The translations under genes were made by a program, and so were the position numbers. Shown piece after piece: positions 28,406-38,318 of a stretch of DNA of 47,422 nucleotides (positions are counted from its first letter, which is position 1; each line of letters starts with the position of its first letter). Origin of the DNA: a bacterium (lineage in GTDB: Bacteria; Hydrothermota; 32-111); assembly GCA_046484245.1 (NCBI GenBank), contig JAWOBN010000070.1, positions 1-47,422 of the forward strand. The letters run 5' to 3'. The notes below the pieces were generated by a model. It saw only the letters and a list, made by a program, of their open reading frames with translations. It did not search any database and was not told the origin of the DNA.

Positions 28406-29104
28406 ATGGATTTAATAAAATCAACTGAAGTGAAGAGAGTCCTTGATATTGCAACAGGAAGCGGCAATTCCGTGGGCTCAATAAGGGAGATGTTCAAGAA
28501 TAATGATATTCAGATAACAGGCATTGATATAAGCAGGCAGAATATTGAAAAGGCACGCAGTCAATTATCCGATGAAAAAACAGTATTTGCTGTAATGAAC
28601 AGTGCCTATCTTGAATTTCTCAATGATTCATTTGACGCTGTTACAATAATCAATTCCCTTCACCATTTTGATGACCTCACCGGGTCACTCACCGAGGCAT
28701 TCAGGGTACTGAAGAGAGATGGGATTATGGTCATATGCGAGATGTTCTCCGATACAGACAATAAGGAGCAGCTGTCCCACATTATGCTCCATCACTGGTG
28801 GGCAAAAATAGATCATCAGCTAGACATACCGCATTACAAGACATTTTCGCGTGAGCATATTTTGAATATTGTTGAGGGACTGCCCTTCAGGGATATTGAA
28901 TATTCAGTTGAGGACAATCTTGATTTTGAGGTGGACAGGGAGATGATGGAAAAACTAACGGGCTATATTGATATTTATAAGACCAAAGCAGATAAGTTGC
29001 CGGAGAGCCGCCTCTTGAAAGCAGAAGGTGAATCCATAAGGAGTTATATTGCTGCCAATGGATTTAAATTTGCTCCACAGATAATTGTAACAGGCAGAAA
29101 ATAG
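28406..29104 (+). CDS. Class I SAM-dependent methyltransferase
   Basis: VLDIATGSG, GIDIS, FLNDSFDAV, LHHFDD, FRVLKRDG; AAGGAG RBS. Confidence 0.9.
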   Translation: MDLIKSTEVKRVLDIATGSGNSVGSIREMFKNNDIQITGIDISRQNIEKARSQLSDEKTVFAVMNSAYLEFLNDSFDAVTIINSLHHFDDLTGSLTEAFRVLKRDGIMVICEMFSDTDNKEQLSHIMLHHWWAKIDHQLDIPHYKTFSREHILNIVEGLPFRDIEYSVEDNLDFEVDREMMEKLTGYIDIYKTKADKLPESRLLKAEGESIRSYIAANGFKFAPQIIVTGRK

Positions 29105-31246
29105 TTAAATTTTAAAGAGTCCCGTGAACTTGAAGAAGAGGAGGGATTCAATATTGGGAGAACTCTCTGAATTTGCATTCTTCTGATATCTGTAGCCTAT
29201 ATACAAATTTTTATGGGAATCATATTCATATTCAAGAAGGAAAAAGATACGGTCTGTAATCTCACTGTACTCAGATTCATAGAAATAGTCCTCTTCAAAA
29301 TCCGCATATATTCTTTCATAGATACATTCAATATTCATGAAATTCACGGGACTTACAGATGCTCCTGTAGTTACAGAATGTGTCTTCCACTGAGATGTGA
29401 TTTCATTGAGCATATCAATATGCATTGCCCGGACAGAGGTGTCTGTTCCGAATTCCTGATAGGAATAACTCGCCCAGAAAGATAATTCAGGGAGGGGCGT
29501 AATATTGGTTCCTGCATTCATATAGAAGTACTTTCCGACATTTACCTTTGTATAGTCAATACCATAACCGAATCTCGTGTACCCATTGAGACTGATGTAT
29601 TTGTTTATTCTGCTGTACATATATATGTCCGGGTAAGTATATGTGAGCATTGTATTATAGACATCTGATCTTATCCATTTATAGCTGATTCCAGTGTGTG
29701 TGTTGCTGAAAATATCTGCATTGATATCCAGTGACTGATAGTACTCTACAGAGTCAGAGAATTGTGTTATAAAATACTGGGGTGTATTCCATCTTGTATC
29801 AAAACCAAAATCTTCAGCTATTCTTATGGATTTCAGAAAACTGTTTTCCATTCTGAATGTCCTTGCAAGATAACCGCCTATATGCTGATTATCATTGTCC
29901 GTAATATAACCCATGTCATTATTGAACAATGGATCCACACCGCCTACATGAATCACTGCACTCCAGTTGTCTGTTATATAGCGCGAGAATTCGTCATAGT
30001 AGAATCCATAGGATTGCTCCAGGCTGTCAGTATAAGAAACACCCGTGACAAAATTGTGTCTCCATAACCCCGGCCATCTGAACATACCGTCAGCAGAAAC
30101 TACTGCATTGGAATAATTGCTATCCCTGTCATACCTGTACAGTGTCATTATCCCCATATCAGAGCCATTGAACATATAACGCCATCTTCCCAATCCTGCA
30201 AAAGCATTGCTGTTTGATATCATTGTATCTGTCTTGTCATAGGCAGCAATCACACCGCCCTGGCTCTTCTCCCCTTTATATGTGTAACGGCCTGCAACAT
30301 ACGGGTTTTCTATTGCACGGGAGTAGAATATCTCCCTGTCAGTGTCAAAGACCCCTTGCTCTTCAATGAAGAATGGTCTGTATTCACTGAGGTATATGGG
30401 ATACCTGTTATTGAAATCCATATAGAGCGGATCTCCCTCCAGCTGAGAATAATCCGGATTGAATGCAATATTGATTACAGAAGAGGACTGCCGTGGTATT
30501 TTTACATCAAATCCCGCATTGGCATATGTCTTATCTGCTGCAAAGTCATTGCCGTAAACACTATAAGGCATAAGCTGTAATTTTTCCCTGTTCCTCTTAA
30601 CACCCTGCAAACTATATGGTTCCAATGCATTGAATTCATCTGTGGGATTTCTTGACTGAGGGCCGTAAGAGAATCCCGATTCATTTTTATATGATACATA
30701 CCTGTAAAAATTCATATTCCAGGTGATTGTATCCTCTGTTAACATGCGGAAATTATTGAAGGGTATCTTCATTTCAAGGTCAATACCCTTGTCTGTTCTT
30801 CTCATTGAATATTCAATCTCACTGTCCCATGTCAGATCCGTATCTGTGCCGTGCTTATCAAGTGTTTTACGGTAATCAGTGATTGCTCCCGGCATACCTA
30901 TTATTATATAGTACTGTTCCTGTTTATTGCCCATGGGGTCAATCACAACACCCATCTTGTCCTGCTGATTGAGATTGTCCCTGGTGCATTTTCTGGAAAT
31001 TATCTCTGAGGTATCCTGAACCCCGCTCATTGCAATATACAGATTCTCATTGTCGCTCATCAGGTAAACAACTGTCTTGTCATCCAGTGTATCTCCCAGT
31101 TGGGGATATGTTTCAATAAATACACTGTCTCTTCTATGCGCATTGGACCATTCACTCTTGCCTATATAGCCGTCAATGTCAGGAGGACTGTCTATGCGGG
31201 GTATAATCAGTGAGGTCAGCGAAACTGCTATGAACACTATATTCAT
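29105..31246 (-). CDS. DUF5916-type protein (CBM9-like N-terminus plus outer-membrane beta-barrel)
   Basis: PDIDG..EW, EMKIPF..R, WNMNFYR, NPDYSQLE, EYRPFFIE, FYSRAI, C-terminal LFFKFTGLF. Confidence 0.8.
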   Translation of the reverse strand: MNIVFIAVSLTSLIIPRIDSPPDIDGYIGKSEWSNAHRRDSVFIETYPQLGDTLDDKTVVYLMSDNENLYIAMSGVQDTSEIISRKCTRDNLNQQDKMGVVIDPMGNKQEQYYIIIGMPGAITDYRKTLDKHGTDTDLTWDSEIEYSMRRTDKGIDLEMKIPFNNFRMLTEDTITWNMNFYRYVSYKNESGFSYGPQSRNPTDEFNALEPYSLQGVKRNREKLQLMPYSVYGNDFAADKTYANAGFDVKIPRQSSSVINIAFNPDYSQLEGDPLYMDFNNRYPIYLSEYRPFFIEEQGVFDTDREIFYSRAIENPYVAGRYTYKGEKSQGGVIAAYDKTDTMISNSNAFAGLGRWRYMFNGSDMGIMTLYRYDRDSNYSNAVVSADGMFRWPGLWRHNFVTGVSYTDSLEQSYGFYYDEFSRYITDNWSAVIHVGGVDPLFNNDMGYITDNDNQHIGGYLARTFRMENSFLKSIRIAEDFGFDTRWNTPQYFITQFSDSVEYYQSLDINADIFSNTHTGISYKWIRSDVYNTMLTYTYPDIYMYSRINKYISLNGYTRFGYGIDYTKVNVGKYFYMNAGTNITPLPELSFWASYSYQEFGTDTSVRAMHIDMLNEITSQWKTHSVTTGASVSPVNFMNIECIYERIYADFEEDYFYESEYSEITDRIFFLLEYEYDSHKNLYIGYRYQKNANSESSPNIESLLFFKFTGLFKI

Positions 31247-31284
31247 TATATATGGAATAATTCACTCCTCTCAGATTTTTTTCT

Positions 31285-32196
31285 CTATTCAGTGGATAGA
31301 ATGTCGTCAATGAATTCTTCCTTGTCAAAAACCCACATATCCTCTTTGCCTTCACCTGCCCCCACAAATGAGATAGGCAGTCCCAGCTTGTCAGCTATTG
31401 TGATAATAGTACCGCCCTTTGCAGTACCGTCAATTTTTGTAAGGAACATTGTGTCAATCGGTATTGCCTCGGAGAATTTTTCTGCCTGTGACAGGGCATT
31501 CCTGCCTGTCGTCCCGTCAACAACCAGTATTGAAAATAGATTTATTTCGCTGAATTTATCTGTCAGCACTTTATGAATTTTATTTATCTCCTGCATCAGA
31601 TTGTAATTTGTATGCATTCTGCCTGCAGTATCAATAATGAGCATATCATAATCCTCATTGACTGATTTCTCATAGGCATTGTATGAAACAGCAGCCGGTT
31701 CCATTTTCTGTTCCGGTATATAGATATCACAATCTGTCCTCTCCGCCCATATCTTCAACTGTTCGTCAGCAGCTGCACGGAATGTATCAGATGCAGAGAG
31801 CAGTATCCTGCCCATAGATTGCTTGCTGTAATAATGAGCCAGTTTGGCAATGGATGTTGTCTTGCCTGACCCATTGACCCCGCTTATCAGCAATACCAAC
31901 GGCTTTTTCTCTGTACCGGGGAAAACAGGATCCTTGAGTATGCCCGAGAGCGTCTCCTTGAGATGACTCTTTATCTCTTCAGCATCAGTCAGGACATTAT
32001 CCTTGATTCTCCCCTTAAGGCCGTCTATTATCTTACTTGTTGTCTCCATACTGATATCAGACAGTATGAGCAATTCCTCAAGTGCCTCCATATCCTCAGC
32101 CTTGCCGCCCTTAAAAGCAGCATTGAATATCTCTGATACGGGAAGTGAGGCTTTCTTGAATATATTCTTTATTCTACTGAGCTGCATCATTGTCAA
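31285..32196 (-). CDS. ftsY: Signal recognition particle receptor FtsY (short NG form; exact start uncertain)
   Basis: GVNGSGKTTSIAKLA, DTFRAAA, DTAGR, TKIDGTAKGG, GAGE. Confidence 0.96.
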   Translation of the reverse strand: MTMMQLSRIKNIFKKASLPVSEIFNAAFKGGKAEDMEALEELLILSDISMETTSKIIDGLKGRIKDNVLTDAEEIKSHLKETLSGILKDPVFPGTEKKPLVLLISGVNGSGKTTSIAKLAHYYSKQSMGRILLSASDTFRAAADEQLKIWAERTDCDIYIPEQKMEPAAVSYNAYEKSVNEDYDMLIIDTAGRMHTNYNLMQEINKIHKVLTDKFSEINLFSILVVDGTTGRNALSQAEKFSEAIPIDTMFLTKIDGTAKGGTIITIADKLGLPISFVGAGEGKEDMWVFDKEEFIDDILSTE

Positions 32197-35100
32197 GGAA
32201 TTTTTGTGATATTGTTTGGAGATTTAATGATACAATACTGGTAACACCGGATTCCTCCATTGTGACACCAAAGAGATAATCACAGAACTCCATTGTCCTT
32301 TTATTGTGAGTTATCAGTATAAACTGCGTCTTGCTTCTGAACCGCTTGAGCAGTTTAATGAAATTTTCCACATTGGCATCATCAAGAGGCCCGTCTATCT
32401 CATCCATTATACAGACAGGTGTAGGCCGCACCATATACATTGCAAAGAGCAGGCAAATAACCATCATTGCCCTTTCACCGTCAGATAGCATTACCAGTTT
32501 ATCAACCTTCTTCTCTCTCGGTTCAAATGTTATCTGTATCTCTGATTCAAGGGGATTGTCCGGGTCAGCCAATTTTATATCTGCTCTTCCTGACTGGAAT
32601 ATATCCATGAATAGCTGGAGGAAATTGTCCCTTATTGTCTCAAAATACTGAAGGAATATTGTCTTGGCTTTGGCATCAAGTGTATTGATTGTTTTTTCCA
32701 GATTCCCCTTGGCTTTGATTATATCATCCTTCTGTTCATTCATTTCATCAAGGCGTTCACTCACCTCTTCAAATTCCCTGAATGCCATCTGATTGATAGG
32801 CTCCATCCTTATCATCTTCTCTTTGAGATAGGTCAGTTCCTCCGAGGGATTATCAGTGTATTTGCTAATCAACTCCTCATCTATCTCATAATCTTCTTCA
32901 TAATCCTGCTGAGCCAGTTCCTTCTCTGTTGCGTATTTTTCATGTTCAACGAGCAGAGAGCTTCTCTCTTCTCTCAATGTCTCCAGTATTGCGCTATGTT
33001 CTTCCTCAGCATCAGTAAGTTCATCAAACTTGACATCCTTTGTAGCAAGGTCATCCTCCAATGCCTTTATCCTCTGGTTCATTGCAATGAGCTCTTCCTG
33101 AACAGCAGATTGTTCCTTCTGTTTCTCCTCTATTCTCTTCTCCAGGTCCTGAATGCGGGCTTTGTTCTCTTCAATTATACTGCCGCTCTCTTCTATCTGT
33201 TTATCATAATGCTCTATGGATTCACCGAGCTCCTCTATTTCCCTTCTTATATACTCCCTCTCGGTCTGCATCTCAGAAAGATTCTTTTCCAGTTCATTCT
33301 TCCTGTTATTGAATATAATATACTCTTCCTTGACACTGTTGAAAGCCTCTTCCTCTGCAATAGCTTCAGCCTCTTTTGTACTGTACAGTGCATTGAGTTT
33401 GTCTGTTTCATCCTCATTATCATTCTTCCGGTTCATCAGTTCATTCAGCTCATCCCTGCGTGACTGCACAATGGACCTGAATCTATCAATAAGCCCCTTC
33501 TTCGCCTCTATTCTGTCACCCAGTGCTTTTATCCTTGTCTCAATGAAATCAAGTGAGGATTGTTTCCCTGTCAAGCTCTTGATAATATCTTCTCTTTCCC
33601 TGTAGAGCTCATTGATACCGGATTCAATCTCAATCAATTTTTCCTCTGTCAGAGATATCTCATTATTGGTCTTCTCCAATTCCTTCTCATTATTCTCTAT
33701 CTTTTTCCGCAGATTAAGGGTCTGAATCTCTCCTCCCTTTATGATCAGCCCGTCATTCATCTTGACAATACCCTCTCTGCTGACAAGATGATAAGGGCTC
33801 TCTTTCACCAGTATATCATCATTGTCGTATTTAATAAAATGCGACAGATATGCCTTTACCCCGTCAGGCGCTTCAACAAAACGGGATAATGCATCAGGAT
33901 GCTCATCGGCTTTACCGGTATTTTCACTGTTTATGAATGTAACAAGCTGTTTGCTGTCTTTTACCATTTGCCTTATCCGGTCACCGGAAATAAGAATTGT
34001 ATTGATAAAGCCGGATATTGCAGCTTTGACATAATCCTCTGAATCATCTTCTATCTCCATGCTGTTTCTTATGAACTCTATCTCACTGGTGTCATCAATC
34101 TTCAATGCATTCTGATTCTCTTTTATCCTGCTCTTCAACTGTTCAATATTAGCCATTATGCTGCTTCTTGCTCCCCTTATCTCCCTCATCCGTGTCTCAA
34201 GGTCTTTCTTGCGCTCCTTTATTTCAGCAATATCCTTTTCAAATGAGCTTTTCTCATCCTCCAGCAGATTGACCTTTTCCGCTATCTGATTTTTCTCGTC
34301 AAGCAGTTCTTCCATCTGATTCTTCAGGGAACCGAGATTATTCTCCTCCTGTTTCATTTCCTCTTCTTTTTCAGTCATACGGTGTTTGATATTCTCAGCT
34401 TTATAATCAATACTCTTGCAGCGGGATTTCAGGACAAGTATTTCATCCTTTATTTTATTGAGTTCCCTCTTGGTCTTGTTGAAATCACTCTGCTTCTTTT
34501 CAAAGAGTGTCTCTATATTGTCATCCGAACCGGATATACGGCCGCGTATCCTGTCAATCTTCTCATCAAGATTCTTGGATTTTTCCTTTAACTGGTCAAG
34601 CCGGTTCCTCCTGTTGGGCTGTTCACGCAATTGCCTCTCTTTATTCTCAATAGTGAGCCTGTTCTTTTCAGTAAGTGAATTGATTTTCTCCTGGGAAACC
34701 TCAATAACTGTTGTCATTGAATGAATGTTCTCAACAAGTTCTTCCTTCTCTTTCTGTAGATTGTTGAGATTCTCCTCCAGTGTTTTCCTGACAGTCTTGA
34801 TTTCAGCCAGTTCCTTCTTATTGACGGTTATACTGTCCCTCAGATCCTCTATCTTCTCTTCCTTGCCCTTTATCTTCTCTTCTATAGCATTTATCCTGCC
34901 TGCAAACTGCTCAATTCTCTCTCTCAGCACATATTGATGGAGATTTTCCACTATCATCTTGTATTTATTGTATCGCTTCGCCCTGCCTGCCTGCCTCTTC
35001 AGATCCCTGTGCTGTTTTTCAATCTCAGCTATCAAATCCTCAATTCTGTAGAGATCCTCCTGAGTCCTTATGAGCTTTCTCAATGTTTCTTTCTTTGCCT

Positions 35101-35611
35101 GCTTATAATGCGATATACCTGCTGATTCCTCAAAAAGATTCCTCAATGCATCAGCCTTGTCATTGACTATTTCCTCAATAAGGGACCTCTTGAACAATGA
35201 GTATGATTTGACACCCATACCTGCTTCAATAAGCAGTTTCTGGACATCCTTCAGCCTGACTGATTCCCGGTTTATCAGATACTGGGAATCCCCGCTTCTG
35301 TATAATTTTCTCTCAAATTCTATTTCTGAGAAGTCCAGTTCCAATTCCCCTTCATTGACAAATCTCAAAGACACATCTGCGAGATTGGAGGGCTTTCTCT
35401 TGTATGTGCCATTGAATATCAGATCCTCCATCAATGATGCCCTGAGTTCCTTGGGTGACTGTTCTCCCAGCACCCACCTTATTGCATCAACTACATTGCT
35501 CTTGCCGCTGCCATTGGGCCCCACAAAACCGGTTATTCCCCTGTTGAGTTTGAGATTTATGGGGTCCGGGAATGATTTGAATCCATACAGCCTGATTTCA
35601 CTTAAATACAA
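32174..35611 (-). CDS. smc: Chromosome segregation protein SMC
   Basis: GFKSF, GPNGSGKSNVVDAIRWVLGEQS, long coiled coils with central hinge, MDEIDGPLDDAN, QFILITH; smc-ftsY synteny. Confidence 0.95.
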   Translation of the reverse strand: MYLSEIRLYGFKSFPDPINLKLNRGITGFVGPNGSGKSNVVDAIRWVLGEQSPKELRASLMEDLIFNGTYKRKPSNLADVSLRFVNEGELELDFSEIEFERKLYRSGDSQYLINRESVRLKDVQKLLIEAGMGVKSYSLFKRSLIEEIVNDKADALRNLFEESAGISHYKQAKKETLRKLIRTQEDLYRIEDLIAEIEKQHRDLKRQAGRAKRYNKYKMIVENLHQYVLRERIEQFAGRINAIEEKIKGKEEKIEDLRDSITVNKKELAEIKTVRKTLEENLNNLQKEKEELVENIHSMTTVIEVSQEKINSLTEKNRLTIENKERQLREQPNRRNRLDQLKEKSKNLDEKIDRIRGRISGSDDNIETLFEKKQSDFNKTKRELNKIKDEILVLKSRCKSIDYKAENIKHRMTEKEEEMKQEENNLGSLKNQMEELLDEKNQIAEKVNLLEDEKSSFEKDIAEIKERKKDLETRMREIRGARSSIMANIEQLKSRIKENQNALKIDDTSEIEFIRNSMEIEDDSEDYVKAAISGFINTILISGDRIRQMVKDSKQLVTFINSENTGKADEHPDALSRFVEAPDGVKAYLSHFIKYDNDDILVKESPYHLVSREGIVKMNDGLIIKGGEIQTLNLRKKIENNEKELEKTNNEISLTEEKLIEIESGINELYREREDIIKSLTGKQSSLDFIETRIKALGDRIEAKKGLIDRFRSIVQSRRDELNELMNRKNDNEDETDKLNALYSTKEAEAIAEEEAFNSVKEEYIIFNNRKNELEKNLSEMQTEREYIRREIEELGESIEHYDKQIEESGSIIEENKARIQDLEKRIEEKQKEQSAVQEELIAMNQRIKALEDDLATKDVKFDELTDAEEEHSAILETLREERSSLLVEHEKYATEKELAQQDYEEDYEIDEELISKYTDNPSEELTYLKEKMIRMEPINQMAFREFEEVSERLDEMNEQKDDIIKAKGNLEKTINTLDAKAKTIFLQYFETIRDNFLQLFMDIFQSGRADIKLADPDNPLESEIQITFEPREKKVDKLVMLSDGERAMMVICLLFAMYMVRPTPVCIMDEIDGPLDDANVENFIKLLKRFRSKTQFILITHNKRTMEFCDYLFGVTMEESGVTSIVSLNLQTISQKFLDNDAAQ

Positions 35612-35822
35612 TATGCCTCCATCAGATAATAATCAATTATATATACCAAATTTCTTATTTTCAGTCAATACTATATATTACAGTAAAGCTGTAAAAAATA
35701 AAGCGGAAAATGTAAATACACCCGGTCAATCACCGGTATTCCGGATGCAGTTCCTTGATTATTGAAGTGTAACATTACGCTTTCCATTGCGTATTATATA
35801 ATGCAGATGGAGGTGATAGGGA

Positions 35823-35945
35823 ATGAAGAAACTGATAAGATATTTAAAAAGATATAAATTACTGATATATGCAATACTGATACTCTCCTTTCCGGTATTT
35901 GCTCTCTGGCGATGCGCCTCAATAATATGCGGAGCATCCTTCTGA
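35823..35945 (+). CDS. Unannotated 40-aa peptide MKKLIRYLKRYKLLIYAILILSFPVFALWRCASIICGASF
   Basis: GGAGGTGA RBS just upstream, TATAAT at 35797-35802, structured terminator immediately after the stop. Confidence 0.7.
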   Translation: MKKLIRYLKRYKLLIYAILILSFPVFALWRCASIICGASF

Positions 35946-35946
35946 T

Positions 35947-36007
35947 AAACCCGGGCACTGTTCTTTAACAGGAGACAAATTGCCTTCGTCTCCTGCCCGG
36001 GCTTTTT
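35947..36007. terminator. Branched (three-way-junction) hairpin, probable bidirectional terminator
   Basis: cccgggca/tgcccggg closing stem enclosing ctgtt/aacag and gagac/gtctc hairpins; T runs on both strands. Confidence 0.6.
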
Positions 36008-37068
36008 CAGTTCTGCAGTTCTTCCTGCCACTCCCTGAGTTTTTCCCTGAATATTGTATTGTCGGGTGCAAATTCAATTGCTCTCTTTTCTGATTCAACT
36101 GCATTTTCATAATCACCCATTCTGGCATACACCTCGCCCAGTGTATCCCAGATATTGCCGTCTTCAGGCTCCAGTTCAATTGCTTTTTTGGCATAGACAA
36201 GAGCATCTTCCAGTCTGTAATCATTTATGGCAAATTCCCATGCAATGGAATTATAGAGCATCGCATTATCACTGACCTTCTCTGCAATATTCAATGCCCT
36301 TGCAATTGCCGAATCCGCCTTCAGGTGATTGTTGCAATTGAGGGCATTGATGCCAATTCTTATATATGCACTGCCGAGGAATGTCTCCTTGTGAATATCA
36401 TACAATCTCCTCAATTCCTCAATCGGACGGGCATGGTCATCAATTCTTATATCTGTCATCCTGTCGTCAAAACCCGAATAACCGCCGTTTTCAGACACAA
36501 CAAGAAGTGCTGCTGATTGTCTGCCTCTCTTGTCTCCGCCTGCATTCTGCCCTGCTTCTAGTGCCCGTAATAATCTTCCTGCCAATGCGCCTTCAGCATT
36601 CTCAAAGGCAGCTGCCATACTGTCAATGACCTCAGGACCTGCCAGTATATTGCCCTGAACAGCATAATGCTTTCCGGTTCTGTGTCCTGCCCAATCGGAG
36701 CACTTCTCACCTGTAAATGCTGCCGGATTGCCTTCAAAATCAATCAGTCCGACCTGTCTGTACTGATAATTGCTGTCAGATTCCAGTAATTGATTCAGGG
36801 CATCTTCTGCATCAATGCCTTCTTCAAATAACTCCATTGCCTTTTGTCTGTACATGGTATTGCCCCATGCCTGTGAGGCGATTGCGCCTCTGCCCGCCTC
36901 TGCCTCAGGGACAACTGCCCCCACTGCAAAGAATTTGGATTGTACAGCAACTCCCCACTCATCCATCAGTGGGTCATAAGCCACTATGGAGAAAGTCGCT
37001 ATTGTACGCTCACCTGCCAGCAGTGAAAATACAGTGATCATTATTAAAAACAGAATAATCTTCTTCAT
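36007..37068 (-). CDS. DUF1028 (Ntn-hydrolase-like) protein with C-terminal TPRs
   Basis: TFSIVAYD, GVAVQSKF.AVG, RQVG, VQGNIL, GGDKRGRQSAAL; WDTLGEVY TPR; signal peptide. Confidence 0.9.
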   Translation of the reverse strand: MKKIILFLIMITVFSLLAGERTIATFSIVAYDPLMDEWGVAVQSKFFAVGAVVPEAEAGRGAIASQAWGNTMYRQKAMELFEEGIDAEDALNQLLESDSNYQYRQVGLIDFEGNPAAFTGEKCSDWAGHRTGKHYAVQGNILAGPEVIDSMAAAFENAEGALAGRLLRALEAGQNAGGDKRGRQSAALLVVSENGGYSGFDDRMTDIRIDDHARPIEELRRLYDIHKETFLGSAYIRIGINALNCNNHLKADSAIARALNIAEKVSDNAMLYNSIAWEFAINDYRLEDALVYAKKAIELEPEDGNIWDTLGEVYARMGDYENAVESEKRAIEFAPDNTIFREKLREWQEELQN

Positions 37069-37077
37069 AATAACTCC

Positions 37078-37728
37078 TTATCTGTATATACTTTGGGGAA
37101 CTGTAATACGGAAATCCCCCATGAAATACGGGGCTACAGTGTATTCGTCAAATATAAACATAATACTGTCTTTCTTTATTATAAATTCATTGAAATTTGC
37201 CCATTTCGCCTCTGTGCCCGAGAGTAGAAATTCATCGTTTCGTAAGCCACCGTAATCATCATATCTCTCGGACTTCTCTTCTGCAATACCTTGCCTGCAG
37301 TACCGGGAAATCTTCTTCAGTGCATTATGGTCAATAATATCCTTCAGTTGTATGCTGCTTCCTGAAATAATATCATAATTGAATGTCTCATAATTATGTA
37401 TGCCGTGAGCACCGCCTGTATATGATTCCAGATATCCGAGAATAGAGACAGCATTCTTGTTTTTCAGCACATTCTTGATCCTGAACTCAGTGAAATACTT
37501 CATACCGGACTCTTTTGCAAACCGGGCGGATTCTTCAATAAAATCCGTATTCTGATCATAGATGTTTTTAGATACTTTCTTAATATGCTCTTCAATATCA
37601 TTGAAACTGTCACATTCAAAATCAATGTACTCGCAGATAACATCATAATGATTGGTATGAACGTACAGTGAATCCACTGTATAATCCGGCATACCCAGTA
37701 TCAATGATAATAATATTATAAAATGCAT
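37078..37728 (-). CDS. DUF3298/DUF4163 (RsiV/PdaC-like) exported protein
   Basis: YTGGAHG, TFNYD..G..LKDI, FDEYTVAPYFMG. Confidence 0.85.
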   Translation of the reverse strand: MHFIILLSLILGMPDYTVDSLYVHTNHYDVICEYIDFECDSFNDIEEHIKKVSKNIYDQNTDFIEESARFAKESGMKYFTEFRIKNVLKNKNAVSILGYLESYTGGAHGIHNYETFNYDIISGSSIQLKDIIDHNALKKISRYCRQGIAEEKSERYDDYGGLRNDEFLLSGTEAKWANFNEFIIKKDSIMFIFDEYTVAPYFMGDFRITVPQSIYR

Positions 37729-37780
37729 AATTACCCCCTTTTATCTTATGATATCATTTTTGTGAATGCGGTCAACAGAA

Positions 37781-38020
37781 TCGTTATTCCTCAAAAATAA
37801 AGTACTTGAAAGATATATGTTTCCTCATAAAAGATATGAGGCGAGGACAGTTCTCAGAAAGCACCTTTGCCAACCCGTGCATAACCGATAATTCGGTGCT
37901 GATGAGAATGTGTGAGCCTCACCGTCATTACATCAATCGCTATGCTCAATGCTTTTTTATTAAGAAATCAAACATTACATAATAATTATATTCAGTGACT
38001 TTTTCTTATGAAGAAAGACG
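37781..38020. repeat. ~240-bp structured dispersed repeat, copy 1
   Basis: Differs from 43027-43267 at about 5 positions; imperfect ~30-bp terminal IR; long internal hairpin at 37837-37921. Confidence 0.9.
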
Positions 38021-38042
38021 CAGAGTTTATAGATTGAAATAT

Positions 38043-38068
38043 TCAAGCCCCGGCATAACGGGGCTTGA
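38043..38068 (-). terminator. Hairpin/terminator after the small basic ORF
   Basis: tcaagccccg/cggggcttga. Confidence 0.6.
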
Positions 38069-38076
38069 TTGCACCA

Positions 38077-38217
38077 TTATCTGGATTCTTTACGGTCAGA
38101 TTCGGGGTTTTTCCCAGAAGGCTTGTCTGAAGACTTGTCGGAAGTTTTAACTGGCTTATTTCTCACATCAGTTTTCTTTGCCGACACATTCTTTCTGTCT
38201 TTTTTCTTATCTTTCAT
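38077..38217 (-). CDS. 46-aa Lys/Asp/Ser-rich small hydrophilic protein
   Basis: MKDKKKDRKNVSAKK...; GAGGAGG RBS, TTGACA-16-TAGATT promoter starting at 38285, hairpin downstream. Confidence 0.6.
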   Translation of the reverse strand: MKDKKKDRKNVSAKKTDVRNKPVKTSDKSSDKPSGKNPESDRKESR

Positions 38218-38318
38218 TTCTCCTCCTCTGCAGTGACAATACACTGCAATTAAATATAATCTATCCCAAAAATACATTTTGTCAAGTGTGTTGTTATATT
38301 TTATAAATTATGCCAATT

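Noticed and set aside
32174-35611. SMC-like defence system (Wadjet/JetC, MksB)
   Set aside because: It has the canonical housekeeping SMC N-terminus and smc-ftsY synteny, with no jet or mks partner genes.
35759-36031. 90-aa minus-strand ORF
   Set aside because: It overlaps the DUF1028 stop, the terminator and the better-supported plus-strand 40-aa gene, and has no recognisable motifs.
37781-38020. Known riboswitch, tRNA or integron attC in the 240-bp repeat
   Set aside because: I recognise no conserved riboswitch or tRNA motifs or RYYYAAC/GTTRRRY ends, and the neighbouring genes' promoters lie between the repeat and the genes, so it is not in their 5' UTRs.
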